Assembly (NCBI RefSeq): GCF_009914755.1
Contig: NC_060931.1
Reading direction: 5' to 3' (one strand)
Length of the DNA stretch: 64,000 nt
DNA from: the human T2T-CHM13v2.0 reference genome, Homo sapiens
Shown piece after piece: positions 59,337-64,000 of the stretch. Position 1 is the first letter of the stretch; each line of letters opens with the position of its first letter. Position numbers and translations under genes: made by a program. The notes beneath the pieces were generated by a model. It ran no database searches. It worked only from the letters and a program-made list of their open reading frames with translations, and was not told the origin of the DNA.

Positions 59337-61233
59337 CACATGATGCCTGTTAAGGTGAACACTGGCTCCCATCCCACCTGGGCATGCAGGCAGGCAGGCT
59401 GAGGAGATCTACACAGTTTGGTGTCTTCCTGTCCTGTGCTACTGGGTCCCCTCCTCTACCTGGACTGACTGCTTTTACAAAGCTGGCACCCAGGGCTCTT
59501 AATTCACCCTACTGTGGGGGTTTCAGGGCATGTTTCCTGAGTCCATCAGAATCCACACATATTCAAATCCACTGTAATTTAGCCATGTGTTTTCTCCCAA
59601 CTCATGGGAAGAGGTCCAGGGACCACCTAAAAGACCGCTTCCTTCTCCAGGCTGCTTTCTTATTCCCTATCACCCACTCATGCTCTCCCGCATCTTTTTC
59701 CTGCATCCATTCAGAGGGGATTCACAAAACATGCTGAGATGCTTTCAAGTAGTAGTATGATCCACACGCTCCTCAAGCCACATTTTTCCTATAATTATGG
59801 CAGGATGCTCAGAGCCATTTCTTGGGCAATTCTCAGATACTACAGATGAGCTCTAGCTTCTGTCTTGCAGCTCTCAGGAAGTACAAATATCCAGATGCTT
59901 TATTCGTGACATTTTGGAGCTGCCCAGATGTGCTACAGCTTCCCTTGTGCACTCCTATGCACCACAGATGTGCTGCTACAGAGTATATGTGCATTGTCTT
60001 CTTGAACAACCAGTGAGTCTCTCCAGCCTGCAACTGGTGCTATTAGTATCAAGGATGAAAGATTGTGATCTAAGAAACACACGCACACACACCCTGGCAG
60101 CAGTAGTGTGTACTCACTTTCCTGGGTTGACCATTTATACAAACACCAGCCTCTCAGAGCTTAGAGCCTCAGCCTGTCCCTGGAGTCATGGGGCATGTGC
60201 TAGGCTCCCTCTTTGGGCCAGGGCAGCCATTTCAGCAACTCTTGGCACACACTGGGCCTATTTGGACCAGCAGCTAAGAACTTAGCCTCACTGTCACCAT
60301 GCATTATGCAAATGATCACATAAGCCAGACCATATCGTCAGCAATCCCAGGTATAAAACACAGCCTTAAAACGTGGCTCAGCATATGAGAACCAAATAGC
60401 GAACTTACCATGGGCTTATGCTGCAGAAGCTGGTGTCTAAAACGAAAAACAGTAAAATCTCAGCTCCTCTCAACAACTTTCCCTGACAACCCTCCTCCAA
60501 TCAAATAATTTCATATTCCTCCTTCCAGCTCCCCAGAGCACTTTCAAAGTCTCTCAACCATAATATTCTTGGCATGGTATTATAACTGAATGTTTAGGTA
60601 CTGCGTTTCACCCTAGTTGGAATTCCTTAAAATCCACCCTCTCCGCCTTGGTTAGCACCCCTAGTGGCCAGCACCGTGCCTGGCGTATAGCAGGTACCCA
60701 TGAGAGACTCACAGAAAGAATAATGACGTTCTTGATTTTGCAAGAAAAAAAGTATTTGAAAGGCCTTTTGAGAGTCTCAAAACAAGATCATGTGCTCACA
60801 AGAAGGCACAGATGAGACACCTGAAAAATCACATGAGCACCCAGAGGCAACAGCAGCGGAATGACAACTGCCCTGCCTGGGGACAACACCCCTGACCATC
60901 AGTGCAACTGCACTATGGAACGCAAAATTCAGGGTCTTTCAGGCCTTAGTCACTGGAAGGCCCACAACATTTACAACAAATCCAGTTGCCTAAATAAACC
61001 TAGACAAACATCATCTTTGAAAATAATATATCCTAGATCTAAATGCCTGAATTTTCAGTTAGTTCAAACAGACTTCTGGTTCTACACCAGATCAACTTTT
61101 ATAAACCACCACATCTCATTTTCATGATATCTACATTTTGGGATTAAATAAAATAATGGCTAAAGTGAGCTTTTAAATGTTTTGGAGCCATCTAGAATAA
61201 ACCTGACAAAATAGCATTAAAAATGATCATGAT

Positions 61234-61569
<336 letters not shown>

Positions 61570-61857
61570 CTATTCACCCCATATCTAAGTAAACCCCAAA
61601 TACATTTTCTTTTGAAAATGTTACAGTGAAGTTTGATATCTAGGATATTATTGTTTAATATTTGTATTAACAAGGAAGAAGAAATCAAGAATAAGTTTAT
61701 CAAGTTTATCACTGAAGATGATGGCAACATAAGAGGAAAGGGTGAAAGTTCATTTATCATCATTCCTGTGGCTGCTGCTTGGTATTATTAATTTTCTAAT
61801 AAGATTTTCATTATTTTTTAAAGCTGAGTAACAAAAGAAAATAAAAATCAGGCAATC

Positions 61858-62605
<748 letters not shown>

Positions 62606-62864
62606 GGTGGAAAGGTCTCTATCCTGGCATCTATTGTATTGAAGACGACTAATAATATAAATACACACACCGCTGGTAAAGGGTAAGTTGAGTTAGCTCT
62701 TCTGAATATGTATTAAACCCTTAACATGTAACTATTTCTTGATCCAGCAATTCTACTTTAAGGAATTTATAAAAATAATCAGAGATAGGAACAAAAAATC
62801 AGCTACAAGGATAACCACCACCTGCTTTTATATCAGTAAAAAGAAAAGTAAAACATGAACACAC

Positions 62865-63495
62865 CACAGAGATTATAGCAGCTTTATTCATAATTGCCAA
62901 AACTTGGAAACAACCAAGATGTCCTTCAGTCGGTAATAAATAAATACATCCAGACATTGGAATATTACTCAGTGCTGAAATGAAATGAGCTATCAAGTCA
63001 TGAAAAGACATGGAGGAAACTTATATCACTAAGTGAAAGAAGGCAGTATAAAAAGTCTATGTACTATATGATTCCAAATATATGGCACTCTGGAAAACGC
63101 AAAACTGTGGAGATCACTGTTTGCTAGGGGTGGTAGGAATGGATGAGTGAAGAAAGGGAAGAACTGGTAGAGCACAGGGGATTTTGAAGGCAATAAAACT
63201 ACTCTGTATAATACTATAATGGCAGATACACATCACTATCCATTTGTCCAAACCCACAGAATGAATGGACAACACCAAGAGTGTCCCCTAAAGTAATCTA
63301 TGGACTTTGGGTGATAATGCGATGTCCATGTTGGTTCACCAGTTGTAACCAATGTACCTCTCTGGTGGAGGATGTTGACAGTGGGGGAGGTTGTGGCTGT
63401 GTGGGGGCAGGAAGGCATATAAGAAATGTCTGTATCTTCCACACAATTTTGCTATGGACCCAGTACCACTCTAAAAAATAGTCTATTTTTTAAAA
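62865..63495 (+). mobile_element. L1MC-like 3-prime end
   Basis: GCAGCTTTATTCATAATTGCCAAAACTTGGAAACAACCAAGATGTCCTTCAGT...CATTTGTCCAAACCCACAGAATG...TATGGACTTTGGGTGATAATG. Confidence 0.88.
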
Positions 63496-64000
63496 AGAAT
63501 GCCTTAAATAAGCAACAATAAAGGACTAATAAAATAAACTATAATCCAGCCAATCAATGGGATGTTTAGAAAAGAACAAACTTAGAACAATCATCAATCA
63601 AGAGAGAACATGCAACGTACAAAAATCCTAAACACATTCACACAACAGGGAGATGGTTGTAGAAAGTCACCCTATTTAAAAACAAGATAGAAACAGATAT
63701 TAAACCACTAAGGTGAATGACTTCATCAATAGTTAGCATTTCAGAACTCCTTCCTGTATTGAGTACTAATCATACCCTTATAAAAGCAAGCAGTCTTTTG
63801 TTCTCCATTTTTAAAAGCTAATCAGGAAAAGCTGTAATCAGCCAAAATCAAAATAAAACTATCAGTGGAAGAAATAAAATATGGAAGGTTCAGATACTCT
63901 AACATGTATCTTCAAGCATGTAAAAGATTACTAAGAACACCCACTTTGTACTCTGATGGCTTTGAAGAATAAAGGGGAGGAAACAGGCTCAAAACACAGC

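Overview
Primate (very probably human) genomic DNA from inside GLI3, which is transcribed on the minus strand. The only coding sequence I can support is one 243-nt internal exon at 22554-22796, encoding E42-H123 ([24 protein letters not shown]...[12 protein letters not shown]). This is exon 3 in the usual numbering and has canonical AG/GT sites in phase 1/1. The rest is intron (about 41 kb of intron 2 to the right, about 22.5 kb of intron 3 to the left), with 22 Alu loci plus L1, L2, MIR, LTR and DNA-transposon relics. A repeat-poor zone around the exon holds motif-dense blocks; from memory these coincide with published GLI3 intronic enhancers (VISTA hs1586 and hs111/ultraconserved element), which I could not verify here. 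I see no new gene or novel multi-gene system, and the other ORFs are repeat-derived or chance. The most unusual sequence-level observations are: (1) a fossil template-switch rearrangement at 45.6-46.7 kb (direct duplication enclosing an inverted copy of nearby DNA); (2) a perfect 21-bp-stem AT-rich hairpin at 44.2 kb; (3) a (UG)19 tract between the exon donor and a strong cryptic acceptor that would give a poison exon; (4) an 18-bp E-box plus homeodomain module repeated exactly 750 bp apart; (5) a 27-bp palindrome in the second enhancer-like block; (6) trimeric Alus, one with signs of gene conversion. Repeat subfamily calls and most repeat boundaries are by eye and approximate.
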